Assembly: GCA_964016885.1 (NCBI GenBank)
Contig: OZ024744.1
Location: 50,158,001 to 50,222,000 of the forward strand
Direction: 5' to 3'
DNA from: Eledone cirrhosa
Lineage: Eukaryota
DNA: 64,000 nt
The position numbers and the translations under genes were made by a program. Shown piece by piece: positions 38,412-51,005 of the stretch; position 1 is the first letter of the stretch; every line of letters begins with the position of its first letter. The notes under the pieces were generated by a model. It did not search any database. It had not been told where the DNA came from and was given only the letters and a program-made list of their open reading frames with translations.

Positions 38412-39453
38412 AGGTATAGGATTATCCAAGATGTAGTAATGGTTAATTACTACACTGGATATGGTTGACGTACGGTAAGAAGTTACTCTACGAGTTATGG
38501 AAGAATTGTTCAAGAAACTTAGTTCCTGATCCTTCAGTATTCCGGAGTGAATATAAAGAATGAATAATAACAGGTAGACATCATAATAAAGGTAATTTAT
38601 TCCGTGTGCTTACAAGTGTTTCCACGGTGGTACTGCAGCCTAGTTACGCTACGTGCAAATTCACAAGTACTTGCAGAACTCGAATATCCAATGCTGTGAC
38701 CACTGTTTCCTCAGAGCAGAATGGTAAATGTACAATGTAAATACCCTTAAGTGGGGTTGTTGGGGAAGATAGAGTAGAACAGGAAGAGAGAAAAGTAGGG
38801 AAGAGGGAGAGAGAAAGAAAGATATGCAGGGGTTGGAGAAGTAGGAGAGAGTGGCTTGTAGATATCTTAATCAAAATGTTATGGTAGGGGTTTTATTATA
38901 CTGGTTACTTTTGGAGAGATGCGTTGATAGTTAAGGTCGGAATTATTTATTGCCCCAGAGGGCAGGTTCATAGATGTTGAGAGGGAGGTAGGTCAAAGGT
39001 GAGAGAGAGAGAGTGTAATGGATGTAGAGAGAGATAGGTAGAGAGGGGAGAGACAAAGTATGTGTGGTGAGTGAACTTTGGGTTTGTAGTAGTAATCTAG
39101 GAATTGCACTGAGTTACCATGTATAGTGATAAGCAGTGTATTGTCTTGTAGTGTGGGGGGAAGAAAAGGTTATTAGCTAGAAAGTGGTGTTATAGTTACG
39201 GGTTCGAATGTTAAGTTATTTTATAGTGAGAGAATTTAGCTTTTAGTTTGTGGTTGCAGTATAATGATCGTTCAATTCTATCGTTAAGTAGTTTGTTTTT
39301 GGATTTTAATATGTAAAATAGCTCAAGGTTACATAACCTGCAGTACTTCAATCCACTCCGATATGCACTTGCGCTGGAAAGTATATCCCATTTTAAGGTG
39401 AACTGTTGGTTGTGTTTACGGAGTTGCCAGGTCTTGTTGGCGAGCGTGGTCAC
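38412..39453 (-). mobile_element. Penelope-like 3' end (GIY-YIG tail, 3' UTR, hammerhead)
   Basis: ORF 39211-39453 reads TTLA..WQL..KWDIL..AY..CRLCNLE..I..LLN.R.E..CNH. Hammerhead at 38607-38718. Ends at (TA)n. Confidence 0.78.
38607..38718 (-). ncRNA. Hammerhead ribozyme with long stem II
   Basis: tgct-CTGAGGA-aacagtggtcacagca...gctgcagtaccaccgtg-GAAA-c-actt-g-TA-agca. Stem I is tgct/agca. Confidence 0.7.
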
Positions 39454-39959
39454 AAAACGGTGATTCGGATGCTTGATTGAGAATCGATGACGGTACCAGC
39501 GAGATTTAAACGATGTGGTGGTAGATCCGATATAATACCATTTCTGGTCGTTCGATTCAACCGTGCATTGGTAAACAATGTTGGACTTTTATCCCAATCC
39601 TGTACATACTTTCTGATTGTCACTTTTCGTTTTTTTTTTTTCGTGTGATACGTGAAGGAACCAACCAACAAAGATCTCTCTTTTATATCTCTTTTATTTG
39701 TTCATTCAAAATATTTTTCAGCTAAATATTTCGTGCAATATACATCATCAATCGTTATCTAATGTTTAAAACATATGAATAACTGCGATATATGCACCAT
39801 ATCAATCAAAAACGATATGAGAATTGAATACCATACTAAAGCGACAGTAAGCTTGCTAAGAACCTGCAGATAGAAATGTTAATAAATACAACATTTGGCT
39901 TGGGTAAACTTTAAGATGTTCTTTCATTGTAGGTTTCTTTTCTCCTTCTCTCCTTCCCC

Positions 39960-40200
39960 TCCTCTTCCTTAGCTCACCCTAGAGCATCCTACATACAATT
40001 GACCATGGTTTTCCCAGATGACGGCCAGCCACTTTTAAGGTTTGACCCTGAGCTTTGTTGATGGTAATCGCGAAGCTTAGTCTCTCTGTTGCTCTAGTAA
40101 CATTTTTTTTTCTGGAAAATCTGATTTTGCCGCCAGGCTGAGACTTTTTGGATGGCATATCGGCAGTAACATTGACGATAAGCCGTCTGTGCTTTCGTGA
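39960..40200 (-). mobile_element. Helitron PIF1-like helicase fragment
   Basis: Minus strand translates RLSFAITINKAQGQTLKVAG and, after a frameshift, HGQLYVGCSRV. Confidence 0.8.
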
Positions 40201-40282
40201 GATAAATACGTTTGTTTATATTTTGTTTTTGAGTATGCAAAAATATCTGTACACGAATATATAATTATATATATATATATAT

Positions 40283-40445
40283 ATTAAAATAACAGATTAA
40301 AGTTTAAGCAAAGAATCGTTATTTTCACCCTTAACGAGATCTTCTGAAACTAAAAAAATCAATCGGTGAAGGCAGAAGTAAATATTTCGAAAAACGTTGC
40401 AATCGAAGGAAAACAGGAAGACGATAGTTGGGTCGTGAATACGTT
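40283..40445 (+). repeat. Single-arm copy of the 3004-3488 family, adjacent to (TA)n
   Basis: Aligns to 3007-3172. Confidence 0.85.
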
Positions 40446-40509
40446 AGGAATGTCGTATACCCGGAAGTGTTGACATTTGAAATTTTAAAGAAGTGAATAT
40501 TTAAATAAT

Positions 40510-40695
40510 TGTTTCTACTTTAGGCACAAGGCCAGGAATTACCCAGTTCATTAATGGTACTTTATTTTATCGACCCCGTAAGGATGAAAGGCAAAGTCAA
40601 CCTCGGCGGGATTTCAACTGAGATCGTAAAGGGACGTAACTATGCTGGAAAGCATGGCGTCTGACTCTCCACCGATACTGCCAATCCACTGCCCT
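40510..40695 (-). mobile_element. Full-length tRNA-derived SINE with 16-bp TSD
   Basis: TSD tgaatatttaaataat (40494-40509) / tgagtatttaaataat (40696-40711). Body matches 3566-3750. Confidence 0.88.
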
Positions 40696-40846
40696 TGAGT
40701 ATTTAAATAATGTCTTTAATCTTTTAACAAAATTCAGTAGACAAAAATACCCTCACTTTCTTACTTGGGAAAAGTTACATCTAAGGTGCAAATTTCGTGC
40801 CGTTTGGCGGAAAGTTTGTTACTTACATACGGCCGTCAGCTTTATA

Positions 40847-40900
<54 letters not shown>

Positions 40901-40906
40901 TATATA

Positions 40907-40938
<32 letters not shown>

Positions 40939-41490
40939 CTCCTTTGTTCTGTCCTACACTATCTTATTTTTGTGCGTTGTGTGCTTAGTTTCCGTATGCT
41001 TAATTAAAAACATTTAGAAGACCATACATTATCGGTTTTAAAGTAGTGACTATGTCACTATATATATATATATATATATATAGTGACATGTTTTTAATAT
41101 ATATATAGTGACATGTTTTTACTATATATATATATATATATATATAGTGTGCTTGTTGGTTTTCACTCCAAGGAACCAACGAATAAATAAACACATAAAC
41201 AAATAAACACACACACACGCGCGCGCGTACATACGCAAACTAAGAACACAACGCACAAAAACAGAATGTGTGACGAAAGAGCTTTGACAATATTTAAACA
41301 ACCTTCTTGTTATCGAACGAAACCGGAAACTTATTATAAATTGAAGAAAAAACCACATGTGCATGTGATTTTACTGGCAGCATGACCCTCCCAATGTATA
41401 ACAATATCTGTTTCAAAACACGTTTTCAAATAAGAAATTTCGCAAAACAAATTGAAAAACGAAATATATATATATATATATATACTTTTT

Positions 41491-44400
41491 TTTTTATCTT
41501 TATTTTTTATTTTTTTATTCGCACCGTTTCCTTTCGCTATATGTCTCTCCACCACTCCCCTACACACCCTTTGAATTCTGTTCCCACACACTTCCCACCT
41601 GAGGAAGGACTTATGCCCGAAACGTCGTCCCCCACCAATACCCCACTCTCCAGAGCGTGAAATTAATAAACATTCGTTGTACTGCCTCTCTGTTTTGTCC
41701 CTGTTCAAATTTTTCCATTATATATAATACACGCTCACACGGCTTCCATTCCTTGGAACATAACTTAACTACCGGCTCAACCCCGATCTAATCCGCCGTG
41801 ACCTTTCTCCGAACTTTACACACCTTCCCACACTTGGTCTTTCCTTCCACGCATTACCTCTGTTTGATTTTGTTACTGTACTTGTTTTTTTCCGTATAAG
41901 ATTCTTTGCCTGTGTTCTTGTATTTCTATGATTTTTTGTTCACGATCGCCTGTGTTTTTACCTTTATGATTTTTCGTCTTTAATTTTCCTGTGTTTACTC
42001 CCCCCCTCCCTACGTTTTTCTGTTTCATTTTCCCTTCCCCGTCTCTGCCTATCATTCGCACTCACCCCTTCGTTCACTCCACCCCGCTTCACACCCCTGC
42101 CTTCTCATCCCTCCCCCTGCTTTGACCCAACGCCCATCATGCCCAACCTGAGATCCTTTCTCCACCAACTACATAATCGCCTCAAACTGTTCCTCACCCC
42201 CCTCCTCCCACCCTGCTATCTCCCCTCCGCCCTTCAACTCTCCTACCTTCTCTTCGCCAAAACCCGGCACTCCAGCCACATCCATTTCCTCAGCCACTGC
42301 CTCCGCCTCCACCTTATCCCCCTCGGCTTCCGTCTACACTTCCACCCTTCCCCCGCCGCTTCCCCCTCCACGCAACGTATCCTCACCCGATCCTCACGCC
42401 TCCTGATGCGCAACACCATCCGCGCCTCCCGTTCCACCCTCCGCCAACTTGACCACCAACTGACCCCCACCCTCCTCCGCCTTAACTCCACCTGCCACCC
42501 CCTCCTCGCCCAAGCCATCCTCTCCTTCATCCAAAACCTCAACCACAACCTCTTCTCGTTCCTCAGCTCCACCAAAGCCCGCAAGCAACACTCACTCTCC
42601 CCCCATCCACCACCACCCGCCCATCCCCATACGCCCACCACTCTCCACCTCTCCCTCGGCCCACACCCCTACCCAATCTCCACCCTCCACCTCACCCTCC
42701 CTTCCCCCCCAAACACCCAAACCCCACCCCTTGTTGTCACCATACCCCCTGACCTCCCCCTCTCCGCACCTGAGCGCTCACTCCTTAGTAGAGGCCTTCG
42801 CTTCATACCCCACACTCCGCACAGCGACGAGTTCCGCACCCGAACGGAAGTCGAGCAATTCGTGCGACGCACTAAGCTACAGGCACATTTCGGCCGAACG
42901 CCACCGGCTCCGGACGCCCCAGACCCGTTTCTCGCCCTGGGCCGACGACCATCTTCTTGGACGCCGGCCCCAGGGCAATTTAGCACCCTGGACGCCTTCG
43001 TCGATGCCAGCCGTAGCGCAGTAAATCGTTTCGACTTCCGCCACCGTTCCAAACGGTACAATATCTCACGGGGCGAACTCCTCGCTCTCCGCTCCCTCCG
43101 AAGCCGAGATGACATCGTCATCAAACCGGCGGACAAGGGAGGCGCCGTAGTGGTGTGGCGCGCGGACCTCTACACGGCCGAAGCCCTCGGGCAGCTCTGT
43201 AACCCCCTCTTTTACCGCCCTCTACCCTCCGATCCCACCCCCCTCTACCAACAACAAGTCTCCTCCACCATCAAAGACCTTATCGCCTCCTCCCTCACCC
43301 CCCCCCCCCCCCGCTTCCCACCTCATCGTCTGCACCCCCCGCACCCCCACCATCTACTTCCTCCCCAAACTCCACAAACCCGACAACCCCGGCCGCCCCA
43401 TCGTCTCCGCTTGCAACTGCCCCACCGAACTCATCTCTGCCTTTCTCGACTCCCTCCTCGCCCCCCTTGTAACCACCCTCCCCTCCCACATCTCCGACAC
43501 CAACCACGCCCTGCGCCTTTTCGACTCCTTCACCTACCCACACGGCCCACAGCCCTTCCTCTTCACCCTAGACATCAAGTCCCTCTATACAGTCATCCCC
43601 CACGCCGACGGCCTTCGCGCCCTCAAACACTACCTCGACCTTCGCCCCTCCCCCATTCCCTCCACCCCCACCCTCCTTCGCCTCGCCGAGCTGGTCCTCA
43701 GGTGAGTTTTACCAACAGGTCACGGGGGTAGCCATGGGTACAAGAATGGGCCCGAACTATGCCAACCTTTTTGATGGCCATGTTGAGGCCCAAATCTTTT
43801 CCCAGTACACCGGCCCCACGCCCGAACTGTACGGTCGTTACATTGACGACTGTATCGGAGCCACGACCCTCACCCGAGAACAGCTCGACTCCTTTCTCTC
43901 CTTCTTCTGCTCCTTCCACCCCTCCCTCCACTTCACCACCTCTATCTCCACCACCCACGTCCACTTCTTAGACATCTCCGTCGCCTTCGACCCCTCCCAC
44001 CACTCCCTCGTCACCTTCGCCTTCTTCAAACCCACCGACTCCCACTCTTACCTCGACTTCACCTCTTCCCACCCCACCCATACTAAACACTCCATTCCCT
44101 ACTCCCAACTTCTCAGGATCCGCCGCCTCTGTAGCCGTGATGTAGCTGACTTTGAGTCCCAGGCCCTTTCCCTAGTCAGCCATTTCATCCGCAGAGGTTA
44201 ACCCCCCCCTCTCGTCCACACCGCTCTCACCCGCGCCCGTGCTGTCCCCCGCTCCACCACCCTCACCCCACGCCACCGCACACCCACCCACCGTCTCCTC
44301 TTCCCCATCACCTACCACCCCTCCACCGCACCATCCGCCGCCTCTTCCGACGCCTCCAGTCCGACCCCTCCACCTCCCACATCTCCCCCCCTCCTTCAAA

Positions 44401-46471
44401 CGCGCACGCAATCTCCGCACCCTCCTCGTCCACAGCTCCCTACCCCCCAACCCACGCTCTGTTTCCCCTCCGGTTCCCTTCCCTGTTCTAGGCCCCGCTG
44501 CAACACCTGTCCCCACATCACCAACACCACCACCTTCCAGGGTCCCAACGGCCACTCTCTCTCGGTCCGGCATGCCTTCCGCTGCACCTCCTCCAACCTA
44601 GTCTACGGACGTCGACTGGCGGACCGAGTCATGGAGCACCTCCGGGATATTCGTCTCGGGGGCAGTTCCCCCATCGCCCGCCGCTTTGGTGGCCCTGGAC
44701 ATTTCGCACGCCATCTCACAGTCTGTGGCTTACTCCAGTGCCACGGAACACCCGCCAATCGCCTTACGGTCGAACAACGAACTATCTTCATCTTACAGAC
44801 CCACACTCCCCCCGGCCTGAACTCCCCACCCTTATTCCTTTAGCCTTCGACCGCCCCCCTCCCCCCACACTTATCCCCCACTAACACCACTAACACACCC
44901 CTCCTTTTCACCGCCCACCCCACAACTAACAATACTAACACCTCCACTCCACCCCTCATCTGACCACCCTTCCCCAACTAACATACTAACATCCCTTCCC
45001 TCCCCTCTTCTCCTCCCCCCTCCTTATCACACGCACACACCCACCGGCACATATATACACGCGCTCACACTAAACACACACCCTACTACCACCACTAACC
45101 CTCACCCCCACACCTCTCACCCCCACACCTCTCACTCCCACACCTCCATCCCACCACCCCGCAACTAACCTCACTAACACCCCCTAACCCCAAGCACACG
45201 AACACACGCAGCCACTTACACCACCCACCCCATACGCAACTAACATCACTAACACCCCCAACCCCACGCACACGTACCCACACACCCTCGTACACCACCA
45301 ACTCTACACACCCTACCACCACTAACCCCCACTCAGACCTGCATTCAACCCCTCCCCACCTCCCGTATACTAACACCCACTAACACCTCTTCATCAAACT
45401 ACACACACACCAGTACACCACACTCCCTCCATAGAACCACACACACCCTTCTCTCCCCGCTCCACCCACACCCTCGCTCAACACTCACTCATCCCACTAA
45501 CACCCCTACTAATACACACACACACACCCTCCTCACTCCAACTTTCACACCTACCCATCCTCGCCCCTTTACCATTCCACCGACTGCTGCTATGCCCTCT
45601 GACCACCTCCCAGCACAAACAGACTACAGCACTCCCACTGCTGACCACTTCCTGTTGCGCGCGCACCCCACATCTCTCCTCTTCCGACCATCGCTTCATG
45701 GAATACCCACACGCAGAAATTGACCAACAACCAATCCACTAAACATCTTCGGAATTTAGCAACTTTTCAACCATCCTCTTACGTAATCACCTATATAACT
45801 CACCCACACACACACCCCCAAAAAAATTTTTTATCCACACGCTACCTACACCCACAACACGCTTAAACCCCACACACACGTGCTTTCCACCACATATTTA
45901 CACCCTCAGCTTCCTGATTCCTCTCCCCCACCCCTCTATCCACACACGCACAGACACTCCGACCCCCCACACACACCTCTTCCTGAACATGCAACCCCGT
46001 TCTTCCCCCAACCCTTACTTTCACATACACACACACACACACACGCACACCTACACACACACACCACTTTCAGCCCTCCCCGCTCGGACACCCCGTCTCC
46101 CTCTCCCCACTCCACCCGCCACCACCCCTACACACCCACACCCTTCCACCACCTGTTTACCCCCCTTTTAATTTCAGTTTATTTTGATCATGCCTTTATT
46201 TTTAAATTTATCTCATTCCTTGTATTTTGATCATGCTTTATTTTTATTTTATCTTTATTTTTTATTTTTTCATTCGCACCGTTTCCTTTCGCTATATGTC
46301 TCTCCACCACTCCCCTACACACCCTTTGAACTCTGTCCCCACACACTTCCCACCTGAGGAAGGGCTTATGCTCGAAACGTCGTCCCCCACCAACACCCCA
46401 CTCTCCAGAGCGTGAAATTAATAAACATTCGTTGTACTGCCTCTCTGTTTTGTCCCTGTTCAAATTATTCC

Positions 46472-46475
<4 letters not shown>
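41491..46475 (+). mobile_element. Penelope-like element (Neptune-like) with direct pLTRs
   Basis: ~230 bp direct repeats 41491-41720 and 46248-46475, each with CTGAGGA..cGAAAcgtc. (TA)n on both flanks. RT-GIY-YIG coding region 42139-44843 and a long C/A-rich 3' UTR. Confidence 0.9.
42139..44843 (+). pseudogene. Penelope RT plus GIY-YIG polyprotein, frameshifted and with deletions
   Basis: LSRGLRF, IKPADKGGAVVV, FLPKLHK..GRPIVS, TLDIKSLY, GVAMGTRMGPNYANLF, RYIDD, FLDI, KPTDSHSYL, linker CSRPRCNTC, EH..., PPGLN. Confidence 0.88.
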
Positions 46476-46540
<65 letters not shown>

Positions 46541-46641
46541 AACAAGGGGAGAAGAATACTGCATGGTTGTACATGGATTACATATTATAAAATAAGTCCC
46601 TTATCAGTGATTTGCCAACCATCATTGGTATTTCATCATAT

Positions 46642-46725
<84 letters not shown>

Positions 46726-46766
46726 TTTTTATTTTATTTTTTTATTTTTTCAATTTGTTTTGAAAA

Positions 46767-46798
<32 letters not shown>

Positions 46799-46819
46799 TT
46801 ATATATGTATCTATGTATC

Positions 46820-46883
<64 letters not shown>

Positions 46884-46897
46884 CATATATATATATA

Positions 46898-47292
46898 ACT
46901 TTGATATGTTGCGGGCAGTATTGGCCCAAGCCATGTCTAATTTAATAGCAAACCTTGGTGAAGTCTTTCCTGATTTGGACACGATAGACCACTCAAATAA
47001 GAGCTATTGTTTTCAGAGACATATCAAGGTGTAGAGGATTTAATCAGAATTTCTTGAAGGAATTTGTCCAAAGTCATTCTAAATAATACGGGATGAGTTT
47101 CTGTTTTTTATGTGTTTTGGTATCGTGTTAAAGAGAGATGAAATAATTGTACCATAATGTTGTTACGAGAGTTGAGTTTGATTTTTGTAGTTGGGACCCA
47201 AGACCTAATGTATTTTAAAGATAATGCCAACATCATTTGGGCAATACTGACGGAATATTTTCCACATTATGCAAATAGGGTACCACACATGG
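46898..47292 (-). mobile_element. CR1-like LINE 3' end, decayed
   Basis: Minus-strand remnants LFNTIPKHIK..TLDKFLQEI and ENNSS, typical of CR1-group C-termini. Confidence 0.5.
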
Positions 47293-47750
47293 TGTTCGAA
47301 TATTTATATACATACATGCACATATACATATATACGTACATACATACATACATACGTATGTACATACATACATACATACATACATACATACACACATATA
47401 TGTATATATATACATAATTATGTACATATATACAAACATACATACATACATTCATACATACGTACGTACATTCATACATACATTCATATATATATACACA
47501 CACTCACATATATATGTATATAGTATATATATATATATATATATGCATGCATACAAAAAAATGTTTGTATAAGACTAAGAGACAGCTACATATTTACCTC
47601 TGCGGTCATTCCCCTAGCATAGCATGCAATTATGGGCATTAATGCCATATTGTGCACTTAGAGTCGGGTTACGGTTTAAGTAACAGATTGGATAACTATA
47701 GAGTAGGTAATATATATATATATTGCATGCTATATGTATGTATGTATGTA

Positions 47751-47783
<33 letters not shown>

Positions 47784-47849
47784 GTATGTATACATACATA
47801 TATGTATGTATACATACATACATGGTGGCTGCCAACTCGTTTTCGAGTA

Positions 47850-48190
47850 CGGCCACTACTTTACATCCATGTAGGAGAACCCCTACCGATTCGCTGAACG
47901 AGTGTGACTTTTTAGTTCAGCCAACGACTTGAAAACTCTGGTACAAACACTACACTTGTGACAATTATTGACACATAGTGCTGGGCCCATGGCAATGCCT
48001 GTGCCATGAAGCTTTTATAGTGAGCAAAGGCACTGCACAAAGCCAGTCCCACTCTCTTAACCAAGATGATATTTACCAAAAAGAAGAACATGTCAACATC
48101 ATTGGATACCATCAGGATTGCAGGTGTTATATCAGAGTTTTCCTTTTCCTAGAATTCTGCCTTGTCGAAGGCTAAGGGGTCATCTCTCCC
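47850..48190 (-). mobile_element. Possible decayed Penelope RT fragment
   Basis: LMVSNDVDMF..NI..GL and GIAMGP-like remnants only. Confidence 0.3.
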
Positions 48191-48344
48191 ATACAAACAT
48201 ACATACATACATACATACATACATATCACAAGCGTGAACCTAATAAACTCACATTTGTACTGTCTCTCTGTTTTTGTTCCTGTCTAAGTTTTAACTATAT
48301 ATATATTTGATATATATTTATTACTATATATATATATATATATA

Positions 48345-48735
48345 TATATTAATAAGAGGAATTCCAACTTTGTCTGATTTACTCGTTTTATTTACAATCC
48401 TTTAAAATTTATAATGGTATTATAATGAAATAGTATGATAGAATATTAAATGTTAAGTGTTAATTGAACAAGTACTTTCATGCTTTCGCAATCTTCAGGT
48501 TCATAATGTGTGGTGACAGTCAAGTTTGCAATTTTCAACTTTTGAAAATTGCAAACTTGACTGTCACCACACATTATGAACCTGAAGATTGCGAAAGCAT
48601 GAAAGTACTTGTTCAATTAACACTTAACATTTAATATTCTATCATACTATTTCATTATAATACCATTATAAATTTTAAAGGATTGTAAATAAAACGAGTA
48701 AATCAGACAAAGTTGGAATTCCTCTTATTAATATA
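48345..48735. repeat. 194-bp-arm perfect palindrome (3-nt loop)
   Basis: Arms 48345-48538 / 48542-48735 with no mismatch seen. Begins in (TA)n. Confidence 0.93.
48577..48615 (+). ncRNA. Minimal type I hammerhead ribozyme (mirror copy at 48465-48503 on -)
   Basis: tgaac-CTGAAGA-t-tgc-gaaa-gca-t-GAAA-g-ta-c-TT-gttca. 5-bp stem I, GNRA-capped stem II, palindromic aagtactt in place of stem III. Confidence 0.8.
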
Positions 48736-48770
48736 ATCTTCTATACACAATCATACACACCCGTGTATAT

Positions 48771-48847
<77 letters not shown>

Positions 48848-49250
48848 CTAGCTGTCGTCTGTTCTACAGTGTGGATGTCATTCACTTCGCACAGAAGTTT
48901 TGTTCAAATTTATTGAGGAAATTTTGTGAGTTCAAACTTAATTTTGATACAATTGTGTAGCTTGACCCTCCATCTGAACTGTCAGGCGGTGCGTCAGCTC
49001 ATCTTTACCCCTCCTAGAGGTGAAAAACCTGTTTTAAAAAATTTTGTGTAAAAAAATTTCAATCGTCTAACAGAAATGTTAAACGCAGCGAACGAAAATA
49101 GTGGTGGGGGGGGACAGCGGTAAGAGTTGTAAGCTCGCACGCTTTAGTCCCCCCTTCCTTCCCAACTAACGTCATAGAGAAGGAAGGAAAAATTAAAATA
49201 AAACAGACGAATCTGCAGAGAAAAAAAATGACGAAAACACAAATCTGGAC

Positions 49251-50972
49251 ATGGATTCCAACAACGGAAAAAAAAATTTTGAAAAATTGCATGACAATAC
49301 TAATAACACAAACAAAGACACAACAAACACAAAAATAACATTTGAAAATAACACCATATCAGAAAGCAAAGCAGACGACAAGATTTCATTTGCACAGAAA
49401 ACAAAGAAATCTTTGACTTATATAGCGGAAAATATTTCAGATGTGGTACGAAGGATCACAGACGCCAAACAATACATAAGTGAAGGAGAGAATGGTATTT
49501 TATCGGTAAAAATGCCTCAAGAATTCACGAAAGACATTGAAAGCCGAACGGTCAAGTTTCGGACCATCAACAGTACAAAAAAACCTGAACAGCCTTCTCA
49601 AGCAGATATCAAAACAGTACTCACAGAAGTACTTAATGAAACCACTTTCATAAGAAAAGACAGACTGTATGGAAGCCTAGCAATTATCATGAAGAACGAA
49701 TCGGCGGCAAAAAAATGTGCTTTGTCACCGATTCGTTCGAAAAATTTCACCTTTTATCCATCTTATATGGGGAAAAGAACTCAACGCATATGGCTGGATG
49801 CAATGATGCCAGATGTGGACTACTGCTGGCTCATAGCTGGCTTCATCGATCCAGTGAATGACAACGTGATTTCCATTGGGAAAACCACAGGCAATGCGTT
49901 CAGTGGAACAGGTATAGAGCTGGTAGTGCAAATGAAGCCTGAACGCATCGCCCAAATACCCGACAGAATCCTATTAGAGGACCACGGGCATATAAACATT
50001 AGCGTGGAGAGGAGAAGGCCGTCCTGCCATATCTGTGCAGGCAGAGGGCACCTGAAGGCCGCTTGTCCCCAACTCAACAAAAAGAAAACCCTGCTACCAA
50101 CACCAGCTCCACCACCACCACCACAACAGATAAACAAACAACAAAACTCAGTCCCACCCAACCCGTCCCTCAGTAAAACCACAACACCACCACAACACAA
50201 ACAGTCACAACACATTACCCCAAAACAAAATACAGGCCCACCCAACCTCTCACTCAATAAAACAACACAACCACCGCAGACACAACACACAACACAGTCT
50301 AACATAGTGACATCCATCTCACCCACAAAGAAAACCAACACGGAAACATTACCAGCAAACATACCTCTTCCCTCCAACACTGAAGATAACCCAACGAATT
50401 CGGAGGAAGAAACGGAGTCCTTCAGACAGATTAAAAGGAAAAAAAGAAAACATGTGCAAAACACACAAGGACAAACAACCCCCACCCAAATCTCAACACA
50501 ATTCAACAAAACAGGAAACACCCCTCCAGCAACAAACAAAACCAAACCTGCCCCTCCCCTCTTCGAAACACTCACACCATCCGAAAAAAAGACATTACAC
50601 TATACTTACATCAACAGAAACAATAATAAATTAAATGAACTCATATACAATAACCCTTCGGTACAAACCGAAGGTGCAAACTTTGTTTCGTCAGAAAACT
50701 ACCCACATTTAAAATTAATAAAGATCCCAATGAACCTCTACCAAAAACTAAAAAAGGATTTTAAGGAGGACGTAGGACCACCCTCTGTCAAACCCATAAA
50801 CCGCGTCCTACTAAAAAGCTTTCCCCCTCCCCTTCCCCTCCCCAACACAACTCCAAACACCCCAACCCCACCACACACTGACGACCCCACACAACCACAA
50901 GACACCCCTTCACCCAACACCCCCGACCCCATGGAAGTCGTGCAACCCGAACCCCGGGAAGCGGAAAGGTAG
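49251..50972 (+). CDS. Tx1 ORF1 protein (CCHC zinc knuckle), intact 573 aa
   Basis: Open frame from ATG. CHICAGRGHLKAAC, P/T/Q-rich linker, basic KRKKRK. Confidence 0.85.
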   Translation: MDSNNGKKNFEKLHDNTNNTNKDTTNTKITFENNTISESKADDKISFAQKTKKSLTYIAENISDVVRRITDAKQYISEGENGILSVKMPQEFTKDIESRTVKFRTINSTKKPEQPSQADIKTVLTEVLNETTFIRKDRLYGSLAIIMKNESAAKKCALSPIRSKNFTFYPSYMGKRTQRIWLDAMMPDVDYCWLIAGFIDPVNDNVISIGKTTGNAFSGTGIELVVQMKPERIAQIPDRILLEDHGHINISVERRRPSCHICAGRGHLKAACPQLNKKKTLLPTPAPPPPPQQINKQQNSVPPNPSLSKTTTPPQHKQSQHITPKQNTGPPNLSLNKTTQPPQTQHTTQSNIVTSISPTKKTNTETLPANIPLPSNTEDNPTNSEEETESFRQIKRKKRKHVQNTQGQTTPTQISTQFNKTGNTPPATNKTKPAPPLFETLTPSEKKTLHYTYINRNNNKLNELIYNNPSVQTEGANFVSSENYPHLKLIKIPMNLYQKLKKDFKEDVGPPSVKPINRVLLKSFPPPLPLPNTTPNTPTPPHTDDPTQPQDTPSPNTPDPMEVVQPEPREAER

Positions 50973-51005
50973 GTCTCTACACGCTCCTTTAGCTCTGCCG
51001 CCCAC

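Noticed and set aside
43697-43722. Apparent micro-intron cag|gtgagt...caacag|g in the Penelope RT
   Set aside because: The bases encode the conserved GEFYQQVTG motif, and 17 nt is too short for an intron. A deletion with frameshift explains it.
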